The notes below the pieces were generated by a model, which was given only the letters and a program-made list of their open reading frames with translations, had not been told where the DNA came from and made no database searches. A program made the translations under genes and the position numbers. Below are positions 16,241 to 28,410 of a stretch of DNA of 64,000 nt, in pieces. The stretch's first letter is position 1, and each line of letters begins with the position of its first letter. Source of the DNA: the human T2T-CHM13v2.0 reference genome, Homo sapiens; assembly GCF_009914755.1 (NCBI RefSeq), contig NC_060929.1; one strand, written 5' to 3'.

Positions 16241-16327
16241 GTCAAAGTATTTGATGCTGATTATTAATATGTTGCTGGTTTTTACCCTAATTACTAATAT
16301 TAAGTATTAATTAACCAATATTCTATA

Positions 16328-16532
16328 ATATTTTAAATCACAGCAATCCCAAAAGAAATGGAAGGAAAACCATAATCTACCACCATAGGCAGATTGGGGA
16401 GCAGCAGGCAGGTTGCCATTCCTCCTCTAAAGCACTGGGATTAAATCTCCTTCATCTCCAGGCTCCCCATGTATTCCTGTCTTCATAAATAGGGTGATAA
16501 CGGCTTAACCACTCAGCAACTCCTCAGATTCT
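16328..16532 (+). repeat. 205-bp dispersed direct repeat, copy 2
   Basis: Offset 1531 bp from copy 1; followed by a re-copy of its last 21 bp and a 12-bp inverted repeat. Confidence 0.95.
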
Positions 16533-19500
16533 AGCCTCAGCAACTCCTCAAATTCTACATATTGGGGTTAAAAACCAATATGTAGAGCCAATAACTGCAC
16601 TGGAAATAATTCCTAGATAGTAAAAAACAGCAATATGCTTTACTGAAACAGAGCATTTAAAATAAAACAACAGTAATCTATTGTGCTAAATTTTTATCAC
16701 AAGAACACACAGATTTTGCTAATTATTAAGGGAATTCTCTGGAGACAATTAGTCAGGGTATATTGTTTGTATGTAAGTAAGTGATCTAGAATGATAGATA
16801 GATCTTAACTTTCACAACCTTTACAGAGATTAAAAAATTTCTACCACTTCTCTGAACATGTTTAAATGTGAAAATTTCAATCAGACATTAAAGACTGCAA
16901 CAACAACAAAAAATCCTGGATAGGTTTTTTTTTTTTTAATCTGATGAATGTTGTCCTCCTAACCACACAGATATTCTCACTCCCTCAATTCCTTCCTCTA
17001 AAAGATAAGCTTGCCTATGTTCTCACAAAACTGAATGATTTTTTAAACACAAATTATTGAAAATATGAAGAGAATCCTTTTCAACTGTCCAACTCATGTG
17101 TAAAGTAGGTAATCAAGAAGAATAATTTGAATCCTGGAAAGCTATTGAATTCTATTTATTAAGTACCCACGCTTCAGCTAAGCAGTGAAAAATGGTTTAT
17201 GAACTATAAAACATCCTCAATATATTCTCTTCAATATTTTTCCAGGGTGATATGATTTCAGTATTGCTCAAAGAAGTGTTATCCAAACATCTTTACATTG
17301 TGCTTTTGTAAGATATATATTTTTAATAAGTTGATTAGAGACACTAATGAAATAATACATTATGTATATTTTAAAGTAATATAAATACGTGTTTTTAAAG
17401 TATTAAATAAAATAAATACAAATAAAACTAACATTTTTCTGTACTTCCACAATCCATTTTCTGTTCTCCAGGCTTGATCCAGGTGCCTAGATCAAGGAAG
17501 AAGGACTAAATGAACATCTGATATCCTTTCTGGTCAGAGTGTTCTAGATCTGTCTTTCTGCCTTTAAGAGCATTTTCCACAATTGTTTTAAGATGTCATC
17601 TCCCTGTGATAGAATGCAGCAACACTAAACATCATGGCCAAAAAAAAAAAAAAAAAGCTTAATGTTCTATCCAGATTTTGCAAATCAAATGCAATATATA
17701 AGCCAGTACTGTTATATGCTGTCAAATATGCTAGGTTATTACCTGACAGCAAATATGAACATATCAAAATCATAAAAATTATTCTAACATAACATACTTC
17801 AATATAAAATATCTTAAATAAATAAATTATATGCAAACTGAAACATTGTTTTTCCTAAACCTAAAAGAATATAAGTTTTGTGAATTCCATTTATCACTGA
17901 CCATTTCTATAGTACTTAAAGTGAATAATGTATTTTAAAATGGGTAGAAGATACTAAATTACATTGCACAAATTACAGCACAGAATTATTTATAGTCTCT
18001 AAACCACTATGTTAGCTTCAAGGTCAAGAGCTTTAGAACATAATCCAGGGTTCTATCATTTTATTTGGTTGGTTTGTTTGTGTCATTCGAGCCGGCTGCA
18101 GGCTCAATCAGAGGACGAGATGCTCATCAGGTTGCAGCGTAAAAGTTTATCTTCACAAGCAAAAGGAGTTTAACTAAAACCTCTCATTGTCTTTAAATGC
18201 AAGCTTAAGAAATACATCAACATCTTTGGATTGAAGCTATGTAAGATTTTGTAGATCTGTATTCCCCTCTATTCACAGATTTAGCATATACTATCATGAG
18301 ACAGTGGTAGAATTTCTCTAACTTGGAATATTTCCTATTAATTTCCAAAATACCTTTAAAACAGTGTATGAACACTTCTAGTTAGTGGTTCAAAATCGTT
18401 CCAAATAACTCTTGGAATCACATTTAAGAGATTCCAACCCATTAAGATCAGAAGTCAGTGTTAATCAGACAGCGAGGAGAGGGCTTTGAGAGTAATTCTT
18501 TTCAGCCATTTGATAGAAAAAATGCTGACCAAAGAGAATAAAAAATGTTACATATAAAAGTAATTTCTGAAGAAAATAAAACTGAAAGGGAAAACAGCTC
18601 TGCACTATTATAGAAAGTCTTCCCTCTCAACCAGAAGTTTGGAGAAAGAGCTACAGTCTGCAAGTAGGTGCTCCAGGAAAATTATTTCTCTAACAGATTT
18701 GACACATCTTGCAATGGATTCGCACTGCCTTGGCAAACAAATGGATTAGCTTTGATGGTGTTGCCAATAGAGCCACAGTCTTTTGTTGCTGAACAAACAC
18801 ATTTTTCTCTTTCTTTATATGGCCTCCAGCAAACTACACATGTTACTTTTGTTTGGGTAATTTACTGTCTTGGAAAAGGAAGTATGAAACTACTTTTCAG
18901 AGAAAACCATTGAAACTTCTTGGCTAGCAGCATCAGAATCACTGGCTTCAAAAATATACCACAAAGGTTTCTCTGATCAAATGGAAATACTCAGAGGGGG
19001 AAAAAAAACTAACTTCTTAAGTCCAATCAGCAAAATTCCCCCAAAACCCTCTTTAACAAAGCTTGATTTTTTTTTTACAAGCCATCAGTTTCCAAATAGA
19101 TTTTTTTGCCTTAAATATCTCTCCTCATGTTCCTTCCAACCACGTTCCCCATTATTTACCTGCAAGATTAATAAAGATCTCTGAAATTAGAATACTAACT
19201 CACTTCACACTCTTTTAAAATTGTTATCTCTTCTTGTTTAAAAAAATTAAAATTTAAAAATTTGTACTTTACTTTTTTGGCATTTATTGATACTGAATTC
19301 AACTATTGCTTTATTTAATATCATAGTTTGCTTGTTTGATAGCTTGTTTGCCTTTGGTGTTCACATTTTCTTCACATTTTAGATAACTTTTTTACTTAAT
19401 AAAATCTGCTGCTTACATAATCTTGAAATAAAACAGTAAACTAGCAATTTACAGGGTATAGAAAATATTTTTCCACTGTTTCCAAGGAGTTGTGATGCTT

Positions 19501-19647
19501 TTTTATACAGTAATTGTAATTAAACTTTTAAATTTAGTATTCAGTTATTTTTAACAATATTTCTTTAAAAATAAAATAAGCTAGGTCAACCCAAAGGATT
19601 TCAAAAAGAAATTTTAACTGTTTGACTCTAGTAAATTAATTTCTTTT

Positions 19648-20582
19648 CAGATGCTCATCCCCAATCATTAGGGAAATACAAATCAAAACCACAATGAGAT
19701 ATCACTTCACACCTGTTAGGAGGATGACTAGAAAGAAAGAGAGGAAAGGAAAGAAGGAAATGAAAGGAAAGGAAAGGAGAGGAGAGGAGAGGAGAGGAGA
19801 GAGTGGAGCGGAGGGGAGGGGAGGGGAGGGGAGGGGAGGGGAGGGGAGGGGAAAGGAGGGGAAAGGAAAGGAAGAAGGGAGGGAGGGAAAGAGAGAGAAA
19901 GAAAGAAAATAACCAGAGTTGGCTACATGTGGAGATTGGAACCCTTGTGTATTGCAGCCTGTGTGTGGCGGTTCCCCAAAAAAATTAAAGATAAAATTGC
20001 CATATGAATTAACATATAATCTAGCAATTCAATTTCTGAGTATATACACATAAGAATTGAAGGCAGGGACTTGAACAGATATTTGTGCATGAATGTTCAT
20101 AATAACATTATTCACAAAAACCAAAAGGTGGAAATAGCTCAATGTCTATCGACAAATGGATAGTTAAACAAAATGTGGTATAGACATACAAATATTATTA
20201 TTCAGCCCTAAAAAGCATGAAATTCTGACACAGGCTCTAACATGGATGAAACTTGAAAACACTGTTCTAAGTGAAATAAGCCAGATACGAAACAACAAAT
20301 ATTGTATGATTCTGTTTATATGAAGTACCTATAGTAGTCAAATTCATGGAGAGAGAAAGTAGAATAGTGGTTACCAGGGCCTGGGGAGAGGGAAAAATGA
20401 AGACTGGTTGAATGAGTACAAAGTTTCAGTTTCAGAAGATAAAAATGTTCTGAGATGAATTGGTGGTGATAGTTGCACAACCACATGAATATACATGAGA
20501 CCACTGAACTGTACATTTTAAAAAATGGTTAAAATGGTAAAGGTTATGTATATTTTACCAGAATAATTTTTTTTCAAAAAAA
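19648..20582 (+). mobile_element. L1MB-type 3' end
   Basis: 'aatcaaaaccacaatgagatatcacttcacacc' (MRYHFTP) and 3' UTR 'ggtgatagttgcacaac...ccactgaactgtacatttt'. Confidence 0.88.
19731..19909. repeat. Polypurine pentamer-gradient repeat (GGAAA/GGAGA/GGGGA)
   Basis: About 180 bp, almost only A/G, with a central (GGGGA)n run; sits inside the L1MB. Confidence 0.95.
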
Positions 20583-21716
20583 GATACATTTCTTAATACA
20601 GATTGAGTTAAATGATATCACATATTCACATTATTTTGAAATGAATTCGCCCATTTAACCCAGGAAGTTTATTAACCTCATAATCTAGGACATTAACAAA
20701 ATTCCAATGTTCTATTCTGGGCTTAAAAGCATCAATGGATATTTGGGACCTAATAAATCTGAACGTTATCCAATGCCTATGCCAGAGAAACAATCTTTAA
20801 AGCCCTTAATGAGTTAGGAACTCCACAGACAGCTCAAGAAACCTGATACCAAAACTCCCTTTAGGATCTAGTAGACTTATCTCCATCAAGGATAGATAAA
20901 TAATATGCTTATCTTCATGTCTGGAGAAAAACTGGGGAATATTGTTGTTGACACCTTGAGGGTCACTTACAGGGGTTCAGAGAAGAATTAAGGATTCTGT
21001 TATCCAGTGAAGTAGGCACCCCACCAAACTAAGCTATTTTAGAAACTTCTCTTGAGTGTGTACATAGCCTATATTTTCCAAAATGCATTTGTGTGACTGA
21101 TGTGAACCACATAACTCAGACAGCCAAACATTATATATAGTTTATTTACTTCCCGTAACCATTCTCGATTCTCCTCTTTGTTTTTCTTTTATGCCCTTTG
21201 TTTATTTTTGGTTTTGTTTTGCTTTGGTTGGGGAAGAATTTAGGAAACCATATTAAGTGGATTTTAAAATGATCTCATAATAATAAGTTCTACCACTCCA
21301 AACCATGTTTAAAACATGTTAAAATGTTCAGAAGTTTTCAGTTATTTGTAATGAATTCATAGTCATCAACCATAAAAGTAAACAATATCTAAGCTATTTT
21401 TAAATGACCACATGTTCCAGGGTGTTTTTTTGTTCTGTTTGTGGTGGTTATAAGTTGCTGTTGTTATTATAGGAAAGAAATTCATTCACATTACCACCAA
21501 ATATTCCTTATATTAACTATGTAAAAAAAGGAAAGGGAACTTTTAATATTTTTATTTCATCTACTTAGAATGTAAACTATAAAACTCGAAAATTTATATT
21601 GTGTACATTTTTTCTAGAGAAATGTACAACAAAAAATAAGTTTATAAGTGACGGGAAGGCAAATATCATGTAGACACCATTCTATTGCTTTTCAGTGCCT
21701 TGAGTAACACTCTGGT

Positions 21717-21771
21717 ATGTACACATACACAAACACACACATACACACATACACATACATGCGTGCATGCA
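21717..21771. repeat. Imperfect (CA)n / alternating purine-pyrimidine tract
   Basis: acacatacac...acatgcgtgcatgca. Confidence 0.85.
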
Positions 21772-22774
21772 TCTGTGCTTGTTTATTATCCTTATTTTAA
21801 GCATTGTACATTTATCTTAAGAAAATCATCCTTGAATTCTGACAGTGCTCTGAAGTTTCAGTGAATCAAGAAATTCACTTTTTCCTGTATTTTGTTTTCA
21901 CATATGCATGGATATTCATTGCTGTGAATATTTTCTCTGTTCATAATGCTTGAACAGAGAAAACCCAGTTTTGTGTATTCAAATAAACCAAATTATCAGA
22001 TAGTTTTATATTTATCTGGATGATATATTTTCAATTTTTATTCTAATTTTTTTCACTCTGTAATAACTCTATGAATTTTGGTTTCCTGATAATTAGGAAC
22101 AATAAAACTATAATTTTAATGTCATCTGGGTATTTTCAAAGGCTATCTCTTCTACAAATCCACCTATAGGCACAATTTCATCAGAGCCATTCCAGGCAGA
22201 TGTCTCTCTATTCCACTTGTAACCTGGGGAAAAGGGCTGTTTCTCTGGCCTTCAAAAAGCATTCTATAATAGATGTGTCTCACATCAAATACCATCTTCT
22301 GAGAGCTATGCTCACCGCTTATTCATGGGGAACCCCGCCCAAGGATAGGACTGCTTCAAATTTTTACTGTGTTAAACTTGGGGCCAATCTTATTGGTGAC
22401 CACTTCAACCAGCTTTTGCTCTGAGCATAGTATGGATTACTCTAGGCTTTTGTTTGCAGGGTGGGAGATTGTTTTGAAGGTCATCTGTAGAGGGGTGCAT
22501 GGTCCTCACTTCAGCTGATTTTCACTGTCAATGTGGAATTTGCTCATTATACTTTTCTGCTGCTATCGCTTGCATTTGATGGCCAGGTTTTGTATGAATT
22601 TACTATTATTTTACTATGTCTTCTATCATTATAACAGAATTTAGGGAAAGAGGAGAGAAGACATGAAGCCATTTTAAATAACAGCCTATATCAGTCAGGG
22701 TCTAGGCGAGAAAGAGATGACACCTTCAAACAGGGTGATTATGTTTGAAATAGAAGTTCCTTTCTTGTTTTTAG

Positions 22775-22975
22775 AAACATGTGCCAGGCACTGTTTGAAG
22801 TACTTTTTAATATATAAACTCACTTGTTCCCTACAGCAACACCATGAAGCAGGCATTATTATAATTCCATTTTCCAGATGAGAAAACTGAAGCACAGAGA
22901 GTTTAAGTAACTTGCCAAACAGTAAGCAGAAGAGACGGTACATGCCACTACTGGGGCCAAGCTGTGGAGCCAGAG
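22775..22975 (-). mobile_element. MIR
   Basis: 'ccattttccagatgagaaaactgaagcacagagagtttaagtaacttgcc', MIR core. Confidence 0.9.
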
Positions 22976-25900
22976 AGTTGCGTGTATGTGTCTGGCATGT
23001 TCATCACACAAAAAGAGATATGTACATTTCCCCTCTTTTTACACTGGAAACTCAGTTATTAATTCGAAACACATGTGCTTCACCTACACTACTTCCCTTT
23101 TGTACATTACTTGCTCTTATACACTGAAGAAATGTGAATTTGAGACTGGAGACACTCGGATCTAATAGAAACAGTGGACTGAGCAAACCTCAGATGTATG
23201 GTTTCTCCTTAGCCAGGCCTTTTGCTGGACAAAACTTGTTGGGGGTTTTAGATTCTCCTCCCTCAGCAAATACCTCAAGTGCAACTATTCTATGTTGCAA
23301 ATTTTAAATAAGACATGTCCCTTTAAAGATAACTTACTTGATAATTTCCTGACTTCAGATCTCTTACTTTTTCAGTCAATTCCAATGCAACTCAAGACAA
23401 TGTTAGAATTGAGTCTTCTTAGCTACTTTTGTCTACACCTGGCAGCTCCCTCTTCCAAAAGAGCCCACTAAATAGCAGGTGTATTTTCTGCATAGAAGAA
23501 ACAGAGAATTGAGAAATCAGCTTCATGATATAAAAAGAATTGGAATTTCCTTCACATGTTTCTAAAAACAAGAAAGGAACTTCTATTTCAAACATATTCA
23601 GTTTATAGAGTTGAACTGAGCCAAAAGAAAAAGAATTAAAAAATGTTGTAACCAACTTACCCTCATCTATGAATTCCTGAAGGATATGAAAAAACAAAAT
23701 ATTATCTTTAGTTTTATATAAAGAGTATGGATGGCCTTATATTCCAATAATTTAAGTTAAGCCAAAGAAATAAAATGTTCTCCTATTGTTTAGTCCAGTT
23801 AGGTCCCATTTCTTTCCTTAATTTTGCGTAGTATGTTTAGTTTGCCTTTAATATGGACTCTAGGGAGCTAAACAGTGGGTGGTACTTGGTTTTATACTGT
23901 ATACAATATTATTGGGCATTATTAAATGTTTTATTATTTTCACATGAAGTAGTAAAAAATTCTTTAAACCAAATTCACAGCAGAATTGAGGATAACAATT
24001 CAGTTTTTCATGGGAAATTCCCACTGAAATAAATTATGTCTGGATTGTAATCCGTCTCAGACATGATGCAAAGTAACCACAGTGAAACGAGGTGGGTCAT
24101 ATAATAAATCAATTGAGATAATTGCTGGGGAAGGTAAGATAATGATATTAGAATTATAGATTTTTATGATTAGTATTACAAAACACGCTGCCTAATAGAG
24201 TTGTTTTTTCCATTGTGACTATTGAAAAATTTTGGATGGATTCCTAAATGTCAAAAAGAAAAACTTTCACCAACACACAATCCAAATTTTAAATATCCAC
24301 CTGTTCTAGTTGAAACTATGTATTCTCTCCCATTATAGCCTATCATTACAGATACTTACTGAAAGCAATTGACAGCACAGTCATAAGAAAACTATCTCTC
24401 ATAGGGCTTCCACAAATCCACATAGGAAATCAATTTCTACAGTGACAGGAGAGAAAAACACAGACGTCTGGACTGGGAAACTATCCTGCTGTGGCTTTGC
24501 CTCATACTTCTCAAGAGTTGTGTAAATATTAAAAGGATAAATTTATTTTACAAACAATCTTATCATCAACCCAATGAGACGCATTTACCTCAAGGTAACA
24601 AGGAAATCAATTTGGATCCCTTTGGGGGAAAATTTAAAAAAGAAGTAATAAAGAACAAGTTTATGCATTTGGGAGAAACATTTTTATGGGATTAAGGTTG
24701 GAATTTGTGATGCTAGTATTTGGGGGAGGGGAAAAAATAAATGTAGCAAGACTAAAACAGTTCCCTTCTTTGTTTTTAATGATCAGGGATATGGTTTTTT
24801 AACCCATGATTCCTTTGTTTGCACACCCAGCCATATAACATTGTACCTCCAGGGTAATTGCAAAGGCACAGATATTGATTTGCTCCCTTTAAAAGAAAGG
24901 ATGATGTGCTTTCTTGCATTTAGGCAAAAAGAGAAGGGAGATTATTGTAAATGTATTCTATTCTGCTCTAACATTTTTTAATTAAGCTACTTTTCCTTTT
25001 ATGGTTATAGTACTTAGATTAATCAAGACTGAAACAGCTGCAGCAAAGTATCTATGGGTTCTTTATTCCAGCAGAGAAAAGTAAGCCTCCAAAAATAGGA
25101 GACTACGTAACATGTGCTTTTACGAAAAAGCCTTTGATAATTACTCTCAATAGTTAAATATTTCTTTCACCCTTTTACTCTATTAATCTGGATGTCATAT
25201 TTATACCTTTAATAATAATTTCAGTTACCCATTTGCAAGTGTACCTCCTCAGATTCAGATAATTCTTCACCCCTATTTGACTTATTACCGTCTGCTTCTT
25301 CCGCTAAAGATAGACCATGTTTAATGACAATATTATGTAAAATACCACCCGGCAGAAATTTATTGCCTGCTTTACGAAGGCGGAGATATAATGTTTCACC
25401 AGATTTGCCTAGACATCAAAACCTCAATTTCTGGTTAATATCCAGAGTTACCTCAATAACCATTCTGGAAAAATATATATATATTCTTTATTATTTTCTT
25501 CAGTGACAGAGTTATTCAAAACAAAACTAAAAAGAGGCAGTAACCTGAAAACAAACAATCTGAAGCCCATAATTGTGTTTCAAGAAAAAATTAAAGTTAC
25601 AAACAGAGCATTTTATAGAATTACTAAAAAGCCAAATTCTCCCAATTTATAAAAAGCCTTGCATTTCTGAAGCAGATTGTCTTAAGATGAATGAATCATG
25701 ACACGATCCTGGGTACTTAGCTATGACATCTGTTAGGTGGTAAATTGCATCGCGCGCCACATGCATAATGAAGGAGAGAACAGTTTTTAGTTCCTAGAGT
25801 GTTCCTCATGTGGAGATGTGCAAATTGAGGTAGCGAAACTCAGGCCAGATGGAAGAGCAGTGATGCTGGAGACTGCGTTTAACTTACTGGTGGTGCTAGG

Positions 25901-27289
25901 TGTCTCTTAAAAAATGTATAACTCAATGAGGTCTCCAGGGAAATGTATTTATAAGCTACTCAATATTCCAAATGATGACAAACCGATGTATTCTGTGAGA
26001 TGTCTGCTGTTACCATGAAGAGTCAGTCAAAATGTACAACACCCGTGTCATCTTGTTCATGCATTATCTTTTATTCTTCACAATGAGAAAACATTTCAGA
26101 GGTTAATATACAAATAATAAATATGCACCTGCATATAAGAATACGTTAACATAGCAAACTGTTTTGAAGATTAAACACTGATTGTATTTTCTAAATGATC
26201 AAGTACTGTATCTCCTAATTAGTTTAATTAATAACTATTGAGACATTTGATATGTTGGGGCAGGAAGTAACCTACCTCATTCCTCTATTTAACAAGCTAA
26301 ATATAGTTCTTAAACTTACTAAGCGTGGAGCATGCCTTACATGTAATCTGTATGTGTACACATATGTATTTTTGTGACTTATATACATACATTTATATGC
26401 TTGTACACATTTACATTTAGTTTACTGATGAATCTCTATACTGACTCATATTTCAGATCTGCCACAGTCTATTAAAAAAGGCTAAGACTTTGATCTGCAG
26501 GGAGATCCTTTTCATAGATGACAAAAATGTATATTGGAAAATCCTCATGTTTAGAAAGCACATCTACTCCTATCTTGAGCTGTTGCCAAGGGAACTTTGC
26601 TGTACGTCATACTGTCATCCACATTCCCAGGTTTTAATTTGGCTAATTCAGTGGTCATAAGATAGAAAAAAATTAAACACTTCAATGTAACCCAATAGTC
26701 TGAAAAATCTAAAAGACCTGAAAATCCCTTAGTGGGAATTTTGAGTATCAATTTTCTTTCAACTACCCTACAGTGGGCAACTTATTTAACACCTCAATTT
26801 TCATTCTCTGTTCCCTTCAATGGGGCACAGTGCTTGGCAGTTTGCCAGCCATAGTGATAGATTCTCTGCAAATTCAAAGCACTAAGCATTATTTACAATC
26901 TCAAAAACGTAAAAAATGGAAGAGCTTACACAGGTTCAAGTGGCAGGGTTTTGGGGGTTGTCACTGTTTGTTCTCAAACTTGGCACTTACACAATACAGA
27001 CATAGTACAGAATTCATCTTTCTCAAATAGGACGGAGCCGAATGCTTTGAGGGCTGTCTGGGCAATTCTGAAAATCGTTTGAGGCACAATAAATGACACA
27101 GAGACTACTTTTTTTCAGGTATAATTCTTCACTCAAGTAATGCTGGAATGCCTATAATATGGAATTAAAAAGCCTGAGAATCTGGAGGTTAAAATTTATT
27201 TCTCTAAAGCCAAAAAAGAAGAACAAAAGTACATTTTTCCTAGACAAAACAAAAAATTTTTCATTTCATGGAATTACAGTTTTGAAATA

Positions 27290-28410
27290 TTTATTTCACT
27301 ATAAAAATTGTACATTCTAACTAAAGAACAATTCAAATATATATATTTAAAATAGTTACCATAATACTCACCAGCCAAACATAACCACTATAAATACTTT
27401 GATATATTTCCTTTTTTAAAAATCTACCAGTGAGTGTTTCTCCCCAAAGCTCTAATCATAACGGTCATTGGAATTTTTACTTATTATATAATAATTATTT
27501 CCTTTTTATTACTTATTCCTCTTAAGCAATGCTAAATTCTACATAATAATCTATCACATAGGTACATTCATAGGTATCTACTTCTCTATTATTGAATATT
27601 CAAGTAGAATATTTATGAAAGTTTGTGTTCATAAATATTGCAATTAATAATTTTAATGATTGAATTTTTATTTCACCTATACACTATTTTCTTAGGAGAG
27701 AGAATATAATTTACATGTGGATTAAAAGATAACATCTATAAGTGTGGTGTGTATTACTATATTACTTTCTAAAATTGCCACCAGCAACGTATAAAAATGT
27801 TCATTTTACTCTTTGAAATGAACTACACAGTATTCTCAGTATTTGTTGAAGTGTATTTTTCAGTTAATAGATTAAATGTGGTAAACCGTTTTAATTTATT
27901 TTGTTTCTAGTAAAATTAAGCGTTATTATGCTAGATACGTTTTTGTCTCTTTAACCTAGTTTTTCATGCTTGGGTCCATTTTGTTAAGTCATAACGATGT
28001 TCTGTTTAGTTTAATAATTTCATTTTTATTATATTAGTATATTTTATTTGATATGTTCTCACCAATATTAACTTTTTTAATATTTTCTCACATGCTTTCC
28101 CAAAGATTAAGTCTTTTAAATTGGTTATTTTATGCAAATATTCATCTTTTCAAAAAGTTACCAGCTTTTTCTACCTTTTGTACATTTTGAAAGTGTTTTA
28201 AGATTGTAGTCAAGTATTCATTTCTAGTTTGGTTGTTTCTGTTGCTGCTACTGCTGTGGTAGTGATGCTGATGATAATATTCAGCCTTTTGATTGTTTGA
28301 TTTTTAATATTTAACCCTCCAATATATTTGAAGTTATTTTGGGTGATAATGTTGAATATATAAATTGACTTTTGTCCAAACAGCTAATCAATTGTCACCA
28401 GTCCATCACG
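27290..28410 (-). mobile_element. Old L1ME-like 3' relic
   Basis: Degenerate antisense L1 3' text: 'ataaccactataaatactttgatatatttcc', 'ccaccagcaacgtataaaaatgttc'. Confidence 0.55.

Noticed and set aside
14797-16532. The two 205-bp repeats as LTRs of an unknown retroelement or as a giant TSD
   Set aside because: No TG...CA ends, PBS, PPT or flanking TSD. The interior holds old MIR-type sequence, and the repair-like scars flank only copy 2.
18085-18140. Hammerhead ribozyme on the minus strand (CTGATGAG core, reminiscent of amniote intronic hammerheads)
   Set aside because: No GAAA after a stem II and no stem III/UH cleavage site can be built.
21602-21628. Imperfect palindrome tgtacattt...aaatgtaca
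   Set aside because: Short, mismatched and AT-rich; expected by chance.
22330-22400. GC box plus CCAAT boxes as a promoter
   Set aside because: No CpG island or other support; isolated short motifs.
24061-24139. Exon ending at AAG/GTAAGA
   Set aside because: Good donor but poor pyrimidine tract and no recognisable peptide; such donors are common by chance.
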